The notes beneath the pieces are model-generated. The model was not told the origin of the DNA and searched no databases. It saw only the letters and a list, made by a program, of their open reading frames with translations. Both the position numbers and the translations under genes were made by a program. From Streptosporangiaceae bacterium (lineage in GTDB: Bacteria > Actinomycetota > Actinomycetes > Streptosporangiales > Streptosporangiaceae), in NCBI GenBank assembly GCA_035308365.1, contig DATGGU010000179.1, positions 3,139 through 35,138 of the forward strand: DNA of 32,000 bases, given 5' to 3'. Numbering within the stretch: the first letter of the stretch is position 1; every line of letters starts with the position of its first letter. This document shows positions 9,614 to 18,598 of the stretch, piece after piece.

Positions 9614-10431
9614 GCGGTTCCGCTGTCCCCTCGGATCGGATGCCCTGCGTCCCTGATCGTAGCGGGAGCGTTCCGGCCGCCGGCCGCGGGGCCTACCGCC
9701 GCGGCCACAGGGTCCATCACATAGCCGACTCCGCGGACCGTCCGGATCCCGTTGCCCGGGCCGAGTTTCGCCCGCAACTGGGCGACGTAGACGTCCACGA
9801 TCCGGTCGGTGGCCGCGCCGTCCTCGCCCCAGACCGCGCGCCGCAGCGCCTCCCGCCTGACCGCCCGCCCGGCGCTGCGCACCAGGTAGCTGAGCACGTC
9901 AAACTCGGTGCTGGTGAGCGCGAGGTCCACGCCGTCCAGGGTGGCCCGGGCGCGGGCAGGCTCCAGCCGGAGCCGCCCCGCGGTGTGCGTGGCGCCCGGG
10001 TCCGGCGGCGCACCGGCGGCCTGGGCCGCCCGGACCAGGGTCCGCACCCGGGAGACCAGCGTCCGCGGGGCGAACGGGCGGGCCAGGCAGGCATCCTGGC
10101 CGACGCCGATGTCCTTGGGCCGCAGGCCGAGCGCGGCCCGGGGCGCCTCGCCCGCGGTCAGGCAGATCACCCGGGCGCCCGGCCGGCCGCGGACCAGTTT
10201 GCGGATCTCCCTGGCGTCGAGCCCGGGCATGGTCAGGTCGAGCACGACGGCGGCGGCGCGGCTGCCGGTGAGCGCGGCGGCGGTCTGCCCTGGGGTGCTG
10301 ACCGACTGAACCCGCAGCCCCTCCTTGACCAGGTAACGGCGGATGAGCTCGGCCACCGCGGGGTCGTGCTCGGCCACCAGGATCTCGGCTGTGCTCGATT
10401 GGCCGCAAAGACGCCCCGCGGATCCCGTCAC
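9610..10431 (-). CDS. OmpR-type response regulator (receiver plus winged helix) with atypical receiver residues
   Basis: C-terminal DNA-binding domain ...[51 protein letters not shown]...[15 protein letters not shown]...[11 protein letters not shown]; receiver [18 protein letters not shown]...[17 protein letters not shown].... A GTG at 10431 overlaps the upstream stop (GTGA) and is preferred over the track start at 10494. Confidence 0.88.
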   Translation of the reverse strand: MTGSAGRLCGQSSTAEILVAEHDPAVAELIRRYLVKEGLRVQSVSTPGQTAAALTGSRAAAVVLDLTMPGLDAREIRKLVRGRPGARVICLTAGEAPRAALGLRPKDIGVGQDACLARPFAPRTLVSRVRTLVRAAQAAGAPPDPGATHTAGRLRLEPARARATLDGVDLALTSTEFDVLSYLVRSAGRAVRREALRRAVWGEDGAATDRIVDVYVAQLRAKLGPGNGIRTVRGVGYVMDPVAAAVGPAAGGRNAPATIRDAGHPIRGDSGTA

Positions 10432-11156
10432 GGCTCTTCGCGGGGCGCGGCGGCGGACCCGGTCAGATCCTCGCCGCGGTCGAGCGCCTCCCACAGCGCC
10501 GCCGTGTCACCCTCGGGCGGGCTGGCCGGCGTGATCGCCGCCGCGGCTTCCCTGGGCTCGGCCACGCGGCGTTCCGGCTCGGCCACGTCGCGCTGCGGCC
10601 CGGACCGGTCGAACCTGGCCGACATGACCGGCCAGCTCCGGCCACGCCAGATGGTGATGAGACCCATCATGATCACGATGACCGCACCGCTCATCGCGGC
10701 CTGCCGCCAGGCTTGGCCGTCCCATCCGGCACTGCTGACCGTGCCGATCAGCGGCAAGCTGCCGCCGGAGGAATTCCCGCTGATGGCGGAGTTGCCGCCG
10801 GGCACCGAGCCGGCCAGCCCGCCCGGGCCGGCCTGCCCGGCGGCGGCGAGCACGTTGATCGATCCGCCGAGCACCACGGTGGTCCAGGCACCAAGGGCGG
10901 TCATGACCAGCCCGGCCGCCTGGCGGGCCAGGCCCCGGGTCGCGATGACCGCGGCCAGGCAGGCGACCGCGGCGAGCGCGAGCGCCCCGGCGGCCGGCCG
11001 GAGGCTCTGCCCGGACACCAGCAGCGACCCGGACGGCAGCGGCGCCGGGGCCTTGTAATACACCCGGGCCCAGTGCTGGTGGAGGGCGAGCAGCACCAGC
11101 CCGGCGCCCAGGAGGCATGCGAAGATCGCGCCGCCGAACTCCCTGCGCGGCCGCAC
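10428..11156 (-). CDS. Trp biosynthesis-associated membrane protein (Trp_oprn_chp / TIGR02234-like)
   Basis: From the GTG at 11156: MRPRREFGGAIFACLLGAGLVLLALHQHWARVYYKAPAPLPSGSLLVSGQSLRPAAGALALAAVACLAAVIATRGLARQAAGLVMTALGAWTTVVL...; hydrophobic helices with a long charged C-terminal tail; sits between hisI and trpC. The track ORF extends back through hisI, which I judge spurious. Confidence 0.82.
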   Translation of the reverse strand: MRPRREFGGAIFACLLGAGLVLLALHQHWARVYYKAPAPLPSGSLLVSGQSLRPAAGALALAAVACLAAVIATRGLARQAAGLVMTALGAWTTVVLGGSINVLAAAGQAGPGGLAGSVPGGNSAISGNSSGGSLPLIGTVSSAGWDGQAWRQAAMSGAVIVIMMGLITIWRGRSWPVMSARFDRSGPQRDVAEPERRVAEPREAAAAITPASPPEGDTAALWEALDRGEDLTGSAAAPREEP

Positions 11157-11161
11157 GCCGG

Positions 11162-11536
11162 CTACATTCCCCGCGCGGCCAGCGGGAGCACGCCGGTGTC
11201 GAAGCAGGTCCGGTCGCCGGTGTGGCAGGCGCCGCCGGCCTGGTCCACCTTGACCAGCACGGTGTCGCCGTCGCAGTCCAGCGCCACAGATATCACCCGC
11301 TGCCCGTTCCCGGAGGTGGCGCCCTTGACCCAGTACTCCTGCCGGCTGCGCGACCAGTAGGTGCACAGCCCGGTGGTCAGGGTGCGGTGCAGCGCCTCGT
11401 CGTCCATCCAGGCGAGCATCAGCACCTCGCCGGTGTCGTACTGCTGCGCGATGGCGGGAAACAGCCCGGCCGCATCCCGCTTGAGCCGCGCGGCGATCTC
11501 GGGGTCCAGCCGTGACGGGCGAATGACGCTGGTCAC
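11162..11536 (-). CDS. hisI: Phosphoribosyl-AMP cyclohydrolase
   Basis: ...[85 protein letters not shown].... Confidence 0.97.
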   Translation of the reverse strand: MTSVIRPSRLDPEIAARLKRDAAGLFPAIAQQYDTGEVLMLAWMDDEALHRTLTTGLCTYWSRSRQEYWVKGATSGNGQRVISVALDCDGDTVLVKVDQAGGACHTGDRTCFDTGVLPLAARGM

Positions 11537-11666
11537 GTGTGCTCACTCCTCTGCCGTTTGAAAAAGCATAGGACCTGAACGATGCCCGCCATCCCGGTGG
11601 TCACCGCGGACCGGTCGCGGGGGGCGCCCATTCCCCTGGCGGGCGCCGGCCCCTACTCTCTGTGCA

Positions 11667-12314
11667 ATGACGTACTCCCGGGATGAGCGACTCGCGCTGT
11701 GCGCCGCGCTCGATGAGGCCGGCCCGGACGCGCCAACCCTGTGTGATGGCTGGGCCACCCGTGACCTCGCCGCCCATCTGGTGCTGCGCGAACACCGCCC
11801 GGACGCCGCCGCTGGAATGCTGGGCGGCCCGCTGGCCAAGCACACCCAGCGGGTCCAGCAGGGGATCGCCGAGCGGACCCCCTACCCGCGGCTGGTCCAG
11901 ATCGTCCGGGACGGGCCGCCGAGGCTGTCGTTCTTCGGGCTGCCCGGCATGGACGCGCGGGCCAACCTGGTCGAGTACTTCGTGCACCACGAGGACGTGC
12001 GGCGCGGCGCGCCCGGCTGGGAACCGCGCGAACTCGGCGCGGGCCTGGCCGAGGCGCTGTGGTCCCGGCTGGGCATGACCCGGCTGATCCTGCGCCGGGT
12101 GCCGGTCGGCATCGAGTTCGCCAGGGACGACGTGGCGGACGGCCAGACGCGGCACCGGATGACGATCAAGACGGCCACCCCGGTGGTCACCGTGATCGGG
12201 CCGCCCGCCGAGCTGACCCTGTGGGCCCTGGGCCGCACCGGCGCCGCCCACGTCCGGCTGGACGGCGCCGAATCGGCCATCCAGAAGGTGACCGCGTCCA
12301 ACTGGCGGCTATAG
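11667..12314 (+). CDS. TIGR03085 / maleylpyruvate isomerase-like (DinB/MDMPI N-terminal) family protein
   Basis: MTYSRDERLALCAALDEAGPDAPTLCDGWATRDLAAHLVLREHRPDAAAGML...GMDARANLVEYFVHHEDVRRGAPGWEPREL.... Confidence 0.85.
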   Translation: MTYSRDERLALCAALDEAGPDAPTLCDGWATRDLAAHLVLREHRPDAAAGMLGGPLAKHTQRVQQGIAERTPYPRLVQIVRDGPPRLSFFGLPGMDARANLVEYFVHHEDVRRGAPGWEPRELGAGLAEALWSRLGMTRLILRRVPVGIEFARDDVADGQTRHRMTIKTATPVVTVIGPPAELTLWALGRTGAAHVRLDGAESAIQKVTASNWRL

Positions 12315-12325
12315 GGCTGGCGCCC

Positions 12326-13645
12326 TCATGGGCTCAGCCGGTGGATGTCGCGCGGGAACAGGGTGGCGCTGCGGACGTTGGCGGCGCCGGTGAGCCGGGA
12401 GGTCCAGCGTTCCAGGCCCATCGCGAAGCCGCCGTGCGGTGGCATGCCCGCGGCGAAGACGCCCAGGTAGCCGGCGTAGGGCCCGGGGTCCTCGCCGCGC
12501 TGGGCGAGCGCGGCCAGGTAGTCCTCGTGCCGGTGCAGCCGCTGGCCGCCGGTGACGATCTCCAGGCCGCGCAGCAGCAGGTCGAAGCTGTTGGAGTAGC
12601 CGGGGCGGCCGGGCTCGGGGTGGGTGTAGAACGGGCGCTTGGCCATCGGGTAGCCGGTGACGTAGAGGAACTCCGAGCCGTGCTCACGGACCGCCCAGTC
12701 CGACAGCCAGCGTTCGTGCGCCGGGGCCAGGTCCGGCTCGCCGCGCGGGTCTTCGCCCGTTTCCCTGGCCATCAGCTCCTGGGCCTCGGCGATGTGGATC
12801 TCGGGGATCCGGGCCGGCACCTCGGGCAGCTTGGCGCCGAGCAGTTCGATCGCGGCGCTGGCCCGGTCAGAGATGGTGGCCACCATGCCCGCCGTGACCT
12901 CGGTGAGCACCGCCATCACGTCGTGGTGGTCCTCGATGAACCCGAACTCGGCGTCCAGGCTGAGATACTGAGCCAGGTGGCGGGCGGTGTCGTGCGGCTC
13001 GGCCCGGAAGGCGGGGGCGGTCTCGTAGACCCGCTCGAACACGCCCACCATGGCCTGCTTGTAGAACTGTGGCGACTGGGCCAGGTAGGCCCGCTGGCCG
13101 AAGTAGTCGATGCCGAACACGTTCGCCCCGGACTCGGTCGCCGACCGCACGATCTTGGGTGTGCTTATCTCGGTGAAGCCGAGCCCGTCCAGCGTGGCCC
13201 GGAACCCGGCGACGGCGGCCGCGCTGATCTCGAACGGCGCGCGCAGCAGCGGGTGCCGCAGGCTGGCCGGAGCGTTGTCCAGGATGGTGGGCAGGCTGGC
13301 GGTGACCGTGGGCCGGTACAGGTCGAACGGCGGCCGGGCCGCCGGGCCCGACAGCGGCGTGATCACCGGCCGGACCAGCTCCGCCCCGCCGGGCGCCTGG
13401 TCGCTGGCGGCCACCGTGCCGGTGACGGACAGGACGGTTTCCTCGGCGAACCCGGCCGCCGCCGCTATCTCGTCCGGAGCGGCCAGGACCACCTGGGCCA
13501 GGCCGGACCGGTCGCGGATGACCAGGAACGTCATGGACTTGAGCGGCCGGCGGCGGTGCAGCCAGCCAGCGATGCGGATCCGCTCACCGGCGTGCGCGGG
13601 CACGTCGGCGGCCATGACACGGACAGCAGGGACACGAGAGATCAT
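12326..13645 (-). CDS. aspS: Aspartyl-tRNA synthetase, archaeal/AspRS2 type (possibly non-discriminating)
   Basis: From the ATG at 13645 (GGAG SD 4 nt upstream): MISRVPAVRVMAADVPAHAGERIRIAGWLHRRRPLKSMTFLVIRDRSGLAQVVLA...PQFYKQAMVGVFERVYETAPAFRAEPHDTARHLAQYLSLDAEFGF...GMPPHGGFAMGLERWTSRLTGAANVRSATLFPRDIHRLSP. It is 439 aa and lacks the GAD insertion expected in typical bacterial AspRS (~580-600 aa). Confidence 0.92.
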   Translation of the reverse strand: MISRVPAVRVMAADVPAHAGERIRIAGWLHRRRPLKSMTFLVIRDRSGLAQVVLAAPDEIAAAAGFAEETVLSVTGTVAASDQAPGGAELVRPVITPLSGPAARPPFDLYRPTVTASLPTILDNAPASLRHPLLRAPFEISAAAVAGFRATLDGLGFTEISTPKIVRSATESGANVFGIDYFGQRAYLAQSPQFYKQAMVGVFERVYETAPAFRAEPHDTARHLAQYLSLDAEFGFIEDHHDVMAVLTEVTAGMVATISDRASAAIELLGAKLPEVPARIPEIHIAEAQELMARETGEDPRGEPDLAPAHERWLSDWAVREHGSEFLYVTGYPMAKRPFYTHPEPGRPGYSNSFDLLLRGLEIVTGGQRLHRHEDYLAALAQRGEDPGPYAGYLGVFAAGMPPHGGFAMGLERWTSRLTGAANVRSATLFPRDIHRLSP

Positions 13646-13935
13646 CGCACTCCTTCCCGGGATGCCTGATCCCCTCGGAGTGCGGGCGAGAAGGGAGACT
13701 CGCTGTGCCACCGCACCTTCGCCGCCGCCTGGCTGGCAAGCGGCCTCTGCGGGCCCGGTGACGGGGGCTAACCGGCGGGGCATGGGGCAGGCCGCTGGCC
13801 GCGGCCGCCGTTCCTCCCCGCACTCGGGAGGGTCTTCGCCACAGGGCGCGAGTCCGCCTTCACAGCTCCCGGCGGCTCTCTGTGTTCGGATGAACAGTGC
13901 TCGCGTGCTCCTGCGCTACTCGTCTCCGTCAGCGC
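13646..13935 (-). promoter_or_regulatory. T-box riboswitch leader of aspS, predicted translational (SD-sequestering) type
   Basis: On the minus strand: loop-E partner AGTA (13920-13917) and GAA (13837-13835); candidate specifier GAC (13834-13832); GGAG/CTCC closing pair (13927-13924 / 13830-13827); AGAGAG-CCGCC-GGGAGCTGTGAA-GGCGG distal element; T-box helix GCGG-[TGGCACA]-GCGAG-TCTCCCTT-CTCGC-CCGC (13714-13682); mutually exclusive SD hairpin CGCACTCC (13684-13677) / GGAGTGCG (13653-13646) directly before the ATG. Confidence 0.85.
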
Positions 13936-13974
13936 GTTACCATCCAGGATACTGGCACGGGAGGAGAAGCTTTC

Positions 13975-14760
13975 ATGCACGCACTCGGCGTTGACATCGG
14001 CGGTACCGGGATCAAGGCCGCTCCGGTGGACGTGGCGGCGGGCAAGCTGCTGGAGGCGCGGCAGAAGATCGCCACCCCGCACCCGGCGACCCCGCAGGCG
14101 GTCGCGGACGTGGTGACCCAGCTGGTCAAGGCGTTCGGCTGGTCCGGGCCGGTGGGCATCACGTTCCCCGGCGTGGTCGTGGACGGCGTCACCCGGACCG
14201 CGGCCAACGTGGACCACGGCTGGATCGGCCTGGACGCGCGGTCGCTGCTGGCCAAGGCCACCGGCCAGGACGTCAGCGTGATCAACGACGCGGACGCCGC
14301 CGGGATGGCGGAGATGGAGTTCGGCGCGGGCAAGAACGTGGCCAGCACCGTGCTCATGCTGACACTGGGCACCGGGATCGGCAGTGCGCTGTTCATCGAC
14401 GGCATCCTGGTGCCGAACACCGAGTTCGGCCACATCGAGATCCGGGGCAAGGACGCGGAGAAGCGGGCGTCCGAGATCGTCCGGGAGACGCACGACCTGA
14501 GCTGGGGCAAGTGGGCGGGCCGGGTGGATGAGTACCTGCGGCACATGGAGGCGCTGCTGTCGCCCAGCCTGTTCATCATCGGCGGCGGGATCAGCAAGGA
14601 GTCGAAGAAGTTCTTTCCGCTGCTGACCGGGATCAAGGCGCGGATCGAGCCCGCGCACCTGCTCAACGATGCCGGGATCGTCGGCGCGGCCATGCACGCG
14701 CATCCCGGATACACCCGGTACAAGCGCGGCGGCGGGAACGAGACCGCCAGCGCGGGCTGA
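13975..14760 (+). CDS. ppgK: Polyphosphate glucokinase (ROK family)
   Basis: MHALGVDIGGTGIKAAPVDVAAGKLLEARQKIATPHPATPQAVADVV...VGITFPGVVVDGVTRTAANVDHGWIG...LMLTLGTGIGSALFIDGILVPNTEFGHIEIRGKDAEKRAS...; RBS gggaggagaa. Confidence 0.93.
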   Translation: MHALGVDIGGTGIKAAPVDVAAGKLLEARQKIATPHPATPQAVADVVTQLVKAFGWSGPVGITFPGVVVDGVTRTAANVDHGWIGLDARSLLAKATGQDVSVINDADAAGMAEMEFGAGKNVASTVLMLTLGTGIGSALFIDGILVPNTEFGHIEIRGKDAEKRASEIVRETHDLSWGKWAGRVDEYLRHMEALLSPSLFIIGGGISKESKKFFPLLTGIKARIEPAHLLNDAGIVGAAMHAHPGYTRYKRGGGNETASAG

Positions 14761-14766
14761 CGGGTT

Positions 14767-15528
14767 CTACCTGACGGTGTGGCCGGCCGCGCGCAGCGCG
14801 GCCTTGACCTCGCCGATGCGGACCAGGCCGAAGTGGAAGACGCTGGCGGCAAGCACGGCGTCGGCGCCAGCCTCGACGGCCGGCGGGAAGTCGGCGGCGC
14901 GGCCTGCGCCGCCGCTGGCGATCACCGGCACGTCCACGGCCTGCCGGACCGCCCGGATCAGCTCCAGGTCGAAACCGGCCGCGGTGCCGTCGGCGTCCAT
15001 CGAGTTCAGCAGGATCTCACCGGCGCCGAGTGCGGCGCCGCGGCGGGCCCACTGGACGGCGTCGATGCCGGTGCCCCGGCGGCCGCCGTGCGTGGTCACC
15101 TCGAACCCGGATCCGGTGCCCGCCGTGCGGCGGGCGTCCACCGACAGCACCATGCACTGGCGGCCGAACCGCCGGGCCGCCTCGGCCAGCAGTTCGGGCC
15201 TGGCCACGGCCGCGGTGTTCAGCGAGACCTTGTCGGCGCCGGCCCGCAGCAGCCGGTCCACATCGTCCACGCCGCGCACCCCGCCGCCCACCGTCAGCGG
15301 GATGAACACCTGCCCGGCCGTGCGGCTGACCACGTCGTAGCTGGTCTGCCGGCCGGCGCTGGACGCGGTGATGTCCAGGAAGGTCAGCTCGTCCGCGCCC
15401 TCCGCGTCGTAGGCGGCGGCCAGCTCGACCGGGTCGCCGGCGTCGCGCAGATCGCGGAAGTTCACCCCCTTGACCACCCGGCCGGCGTCAACGTCAAGAC
15501 ACGGGATCACCCGGACCGCGACGGTCAC
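14767..15528 (-). CDS. hisF: Imidazole glycerol phosphate synthase subunit HisF
   Basis: From the GTG at 15528: [69 protein letters not shown]...[34 protein letters not shown].... Confidence 0.97.
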   Translation of the reverse strand: MTVAVRVIPCLDVDAGRVVKGVNFRDLRDAGDPVELAAAYDAEGADELTFLDITASSAGRQTSYDVVSRTAGQVFIPLTVGGGVRGVDDVDRLLRAGADKVSLNTAAVARPELLAEAARRFGRQCMVLSVDARRTAGTGSGFEVTTHGGRRGTGIDAVQWARRGAALGAGEILLNSMDADGTAAGFDLELIRAVRQAVDVPVIASGGAGRAADFPPAVEAGADAVLAASVFHFGLVRIGEVKAALRAAGHTVR

Positions 15529-15562
15529 GGTGCCGTCCTCGCCGGCCGGTCCTGGAGAATCC

Positions 15563-16285
15563 TCACGGGGCCACCGCGCCGAGGGCTTCTTCCAGGGTGA
15601 ACTTCCCGGCGTAGAGGGCCTTGCCGACGATGGCGCCCTCAACGCCGAGGGGGGCCAGCGTGGCGACCTCGCGCAGGTCGCCGAGGCTGGCCACTCCCCC
15701 GCTGGCGACGACCGGGCGTCTGGTATGCGCACAGACCAGGCGCAGCAGACCGGTGTTGCAGCCGGTCAGCGTGCCATCCCTGGCCACGTCGGTGACCACG
15801 TACCGGGGGCAGCCCTCGGCCTCCAGCCGGGCCAGCACCTCGAGCAGTTCGCCGCCCTCGGCGGTCCAGCCGCGGGCGGCCAGCCGGGTGCCGCGGACGT
15901 CCAGGCCGACGGCGATCTTGTCGCCGTGCCTCGCGATGATCTCCCGCACCCAGTCCGGCCGCTCCAGCGCCGCGGTGCCGATGTTCACCCGGGCGCAGCC
16001 GGTGGCCAGGGCGGCCGCCAGCGAATCGTCGTCGCGGATGCCGCCGGACAGCTCGACCGCGATGTCGAGCTTGCCCACCACCTCGGCCAGCAGCCCGGCG
16101 TTGGAGCCGCGGCCGAACGCGGCGTCCAGGTCGACCAGGTGTACCCAGCTCGCCCCGCCACGCTGCCATGCCAGCGCGGCCTCCACCGGGTTGCCGTAGC
16201 TGGTCTGTGACCCCGCCTCGCCGCGGACCAGGCGCACCGCCTGGCCGCCGGCGACGTCCACGGCGGGCAGCAGGGTGAAGCTCAT
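15563..16285 (-). CDS. hisA: HisA / PriA phosphoribosyl isomerase
   Basis: From the ATG at 16285: [70 protein letters not shown]...[17 protein letters not shown]...; start overlaps the hisH stop. Confidence 0.96.
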   Translation of the reverse strand: MSFTLLPAVDVAGGQAVRLVRGEAGSQTSYGNPVEAALAWQRGGASWVHLVDLDAAFGRGSNAGLLAEVVGKLDIAVELSGGIRDDDSLAAALATGCARVNIGTAALERPDWVREIIARHGDKIAVGLDVRGTRLAARGWTAEGGELLEVLARLEAEGCPRYVVTDVARDGTLTGCNTGLLRLVCAHTRRPVVASGGVASLGDLREVATLAPLGVEGAIVGKALYAGKFTLEEALGAVAP

Positions 16286-16917
16286 GTCAGCGTCTCCAGC
16301 CAGTTGGCCAGCAGCGTGGCGCCGGCGTCGCCGGACTTCTCCGGGTGGAACTGGGTCGCCCACAGCGGCCCGTGCTCGGCCGCGGCGATGAACGGCTCGC
16401 CGTGCTCGGCCCAGCTCAGCAGCGGCCCCGGCAGCCTGGCCGCGGGCTCCCAGGGGCAGGAGGTCGCGGCGTAGGAGTGCACGAAGTAGAACCGGGTACC
16501 CGGGTCCAGGCCCGCCAGCAGCGCCGAGCCCGCGGCCGGGGTGACGGTGTTCCAGCCCATGTGCGGCAGCACCGGCGCCTTCAGGCGGCCGACCGTGCCG
16601 GGCCACTCGCCGATGCCCTGGGTCCGCACGCCGTGCTCGTCGCCGGTCTCGAACAGCACCTGCATGCCGACACAGATGCCGAGCACCGGCCGCGCCCCGG
16701 CCAGCCGGCGGTCGATGATCATGTCACCGCGGACCGCGCGCAGCCCGGCCATGCAGGCGGCGAACGCGCCGACGCCGGGCACGACCAGGCCGTCGCAGTT
16801 CATCGCCTCGCCGAACGCGGCGGTGACCGTGACCTGCGCGCCGGCCCGCTCCAGCGCCCGCTGGGCGGACCGCAGGTTGCCCGAGCCGTGATCGAGGACG
16901 ACGACCCTGGGCTTCAC
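16282..16917 (-). CDS. hisH: Imidazole glycerol phosphate synthase subunit HisH
   Basis: [32 protein letters not shown]...[18 protein letters not shown]...FYFVHSYAA...[14 protein letters not shown], class I amidotransferase triad. Confidence 0.97.
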   Translation of the reverse strand: MKPRVVVLDHGSGNLRSAQRALERAGAQVTVTAAFGEAMNCDGLVVPGVGAFAACMAGLRAVRGDMIIDRRLAGARPVLGICVGMQVLFETGDEHGVRTQGIGEWPGTVGRLKAPVLPHMGWNTVTPAAGSALLAGLDPGTRFYFVHSYAATSCPWEPAARLPGPLLSWAEHGEPFIAAAEHGPLWATQFHPEKSGDAGATLLANWLETLT

Positions 16918-17507
16918 AGAACCCCTTTGGTGCTGGGCACGCCGCCGGCCCGCGGGTCCGGGGCGGCGGCGGCGCGCAGCGCCCGGGCCACGGCCTTGAA
17001 CTGCGCCTCCACGATGTGGTGGGGGTTACGCCCGGACAGCACGAGCACGTGGATGCAGATCCCGGCGACGCTGCCGAGCGTCTCGAAGAAATGCCTGGTC
17101 AGCGTCGTGTCATAGGTGCCGATCAGGGGCGGCATGGCGTCCGGCTCCTGGTGCACCACATACGGCCGCCCGGACAGGTCCACCGCGGCCTGCACCAGCG
17201 CCTCGTCCAGCGGCACGAGCGCGTTGCCGAACCGGGTGATCCCCGACTTGTCGCCGAGCGCCTGGCGCAGCGCCTCACCGAGCACGATCGCGGTGTCCTC
17301 CACCGTGTGGTGCGCGTCCACCTCGATGTCGCCGCTGGCCCGCACGCTCAGGTCCAGGCTGCCGTGCCTGCCGAGCTGGGCCAGCATGTGGTCGAAGAAC
17401 GGCACCCGGGTGGCGACGTCAACCACCCCGATCCCGTCCAGGTCGAGCTCAACCAGCACCTGGGTCTCGTTGGTGAGGCGCTCCACCCGCGCCACCCGGT
17501 TGTTCAC
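16914..17507 (-). CDS. hisB: Imidazoleglycerol-phosphate dehydratase
   Basis: From the GTG at 17507: [94 protein letters not shown].... Confidence 0.97.
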   Translation of the reverse strand: MNNRVARVERLTNETQVLVELDLDGIGVVDVATRVPFFDHMLAQLGRHGSLDLSVRASGDIEVDAHHTVEDTAIVLGEALRQALGDKSGITRFGNALVPLDEALVQAAVDLSGRPYVVHQEPDAMPPLIGTYDTTLTRHFFETLGSVAGICIHVLVLSGRNPHHIVEAQFKAVARALRAAAAPDPRAGGVPSTKGVL

Positions 17508-18598
17508 CGCCCGGTCCTGGGGGTGTCGAGCACCGCGCTGAGTGCGGTGCGGAACACGGTCATCTCGTCCGGCGTGCCGATGCTCACCCGCAGCCACCCC
17601 GGCGGGCCGGTCTCGCGGATCAGCACCCCCCGGTCGAGCAGTCCCTGCCAGACGGCGTGCCGGTCGGCCAGGCCGCCGAACATGACGAAGTTGGCGTCCG
17701 ACTCGGCCACCCGCAGCCCGAGACCGCGCAGCCAGTCCGCGGTCCGGTCGCGTTCGGCGCGCAACTGCGCCACACATTCGAGCAGCTCACCGGACCGGCG
17801 CAGCGCGGCCCTGGCGGCCGCCTGGGTCAGCGCGGACAGATGGTAGGGCAGCCGGACGACAAGCAGGGCGCCGATCACCCTGGGGTCCGCGGCCAGGTAG
17901 CCGACCCTGGCGCCGGCCAGCGCGAACGCCTTGGACATGGTCCGGGTGACCACGAGCCGCGGGTAGCCGGGCAGCAGTTCCAGGGCACTGCGGGTGCCCG
18001 GCCGGGCGAACTCGGCGTAGGCCTCGTCCACCACGACCATGCCGGGCGCGGCCGCGCAGACCGCCTCGATCACCTCCAGCGGCAGCGCGGTTCCGGTGGG
18101 GTTGTTCGGCGAGGTGAGGAACACCAGGCCGGGCGCGGCCTCGCGGACCCGCCCGGCGGCGTAATCGGCGTCCAGCCGGAAGTCGCCGGGCCGGCCGGCG
18201 TTCAGCCAGGCGGTGCCGGTGATCCGGGCGATCAGCGGGTGCATCGAGTAGGACGGCTCGAAGCCGAGCGCGGTGCGGCCGTGCCCGCCGAACGCCTGCA
18301 GCAGCTGCTGAAGGATCTCGTTGGACCCGTTGGCCGCCCAGACCTGCCGCCAGGTCAGCCCGTGCCCGAGATAGCCGGCCAGGCCGGCCCGCAGCTCGGT
18401 CGCGTCCCGGTCCGGGTAGCGGTTCAGCGAGGCCGCGGCGCCGGCCGCCGCCTCGGCGATCTCCCCGACCAGCGCCTCCGGCGGCGGGTAGGGGTTCTCG
18501 TTGGTGTTCAGCCGGACCGGCACGTCCAGCTGCGGTGCGCCGTAGGGTTCGAGCCCGGCCAGCTCAGGGCGCAGCGGCAGGGTGTCCATGGGGGTCAC
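17504..18598 (-). CDS. hisC: Histidinol-phosphate aminotransferase
   Basis: ...[21 protein letters not shown]...[17 protein letters not shown]...[22 protein letters not shown]...VVDEAYAEF...[17 protein letters not shown].... The GTG at 18598 overlaps the hisD stop; an alternative ATG lies at 18589. Confidence 0.96.
   Translation of the reverse strand: MTPMDTLPLRPELAGLEPYGAPQLDVPVRLNTNENPYPPPEALVGEIAEAAAGAAASLNRYPDRDATELRAGLAGYLGHGLTWRQVWAANGSNEILQQLLQAFGGHGRTALGFEPSYSMHPLIARITGTAWLNAGRPGDFRLDADYAAGRVREAAPGLVFLTSPNNPTGTALPLEVIEAVCAAAPGMVVVDEAYAEFARPGTRSALELLPGYPRLVVTRTMSKAFALAGARVGYLAADPRVIGALLVVRLPYHLSALTQAAARAALRRSGELLECVAQLRAERDRTADWLRGLGLRVAESDANFVMFGGLADRHAVWQGLLDRGVLIRETGPPGWLRVSIGTPDEMTVFRTALSAVLDTPRTGR

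Noticed and set aside
10428-11546. Track ORF of 372 aa for the Trp-associated membrane protein
   Set aside because: Its first 130 codons overlap hisI out of frame and are Arg/Gly-rich. The in-frame GTG at 11156 gives the expected membrane protein start.
11623-11647. GGCGCCC...GGGCGCC inverted repeat upstream of the TIGR03085 gene
   Set aside because: 7-bp GC arms are common in this background, with no accompanying motif or U-tract. I could not distinguish it from chance.
12059-13669. 536-aa plus-strand ORF opposite aspS
   Set aside because: Antisense shadow ORF with biased composition. The aspS frame is intact with recognisable motifs.
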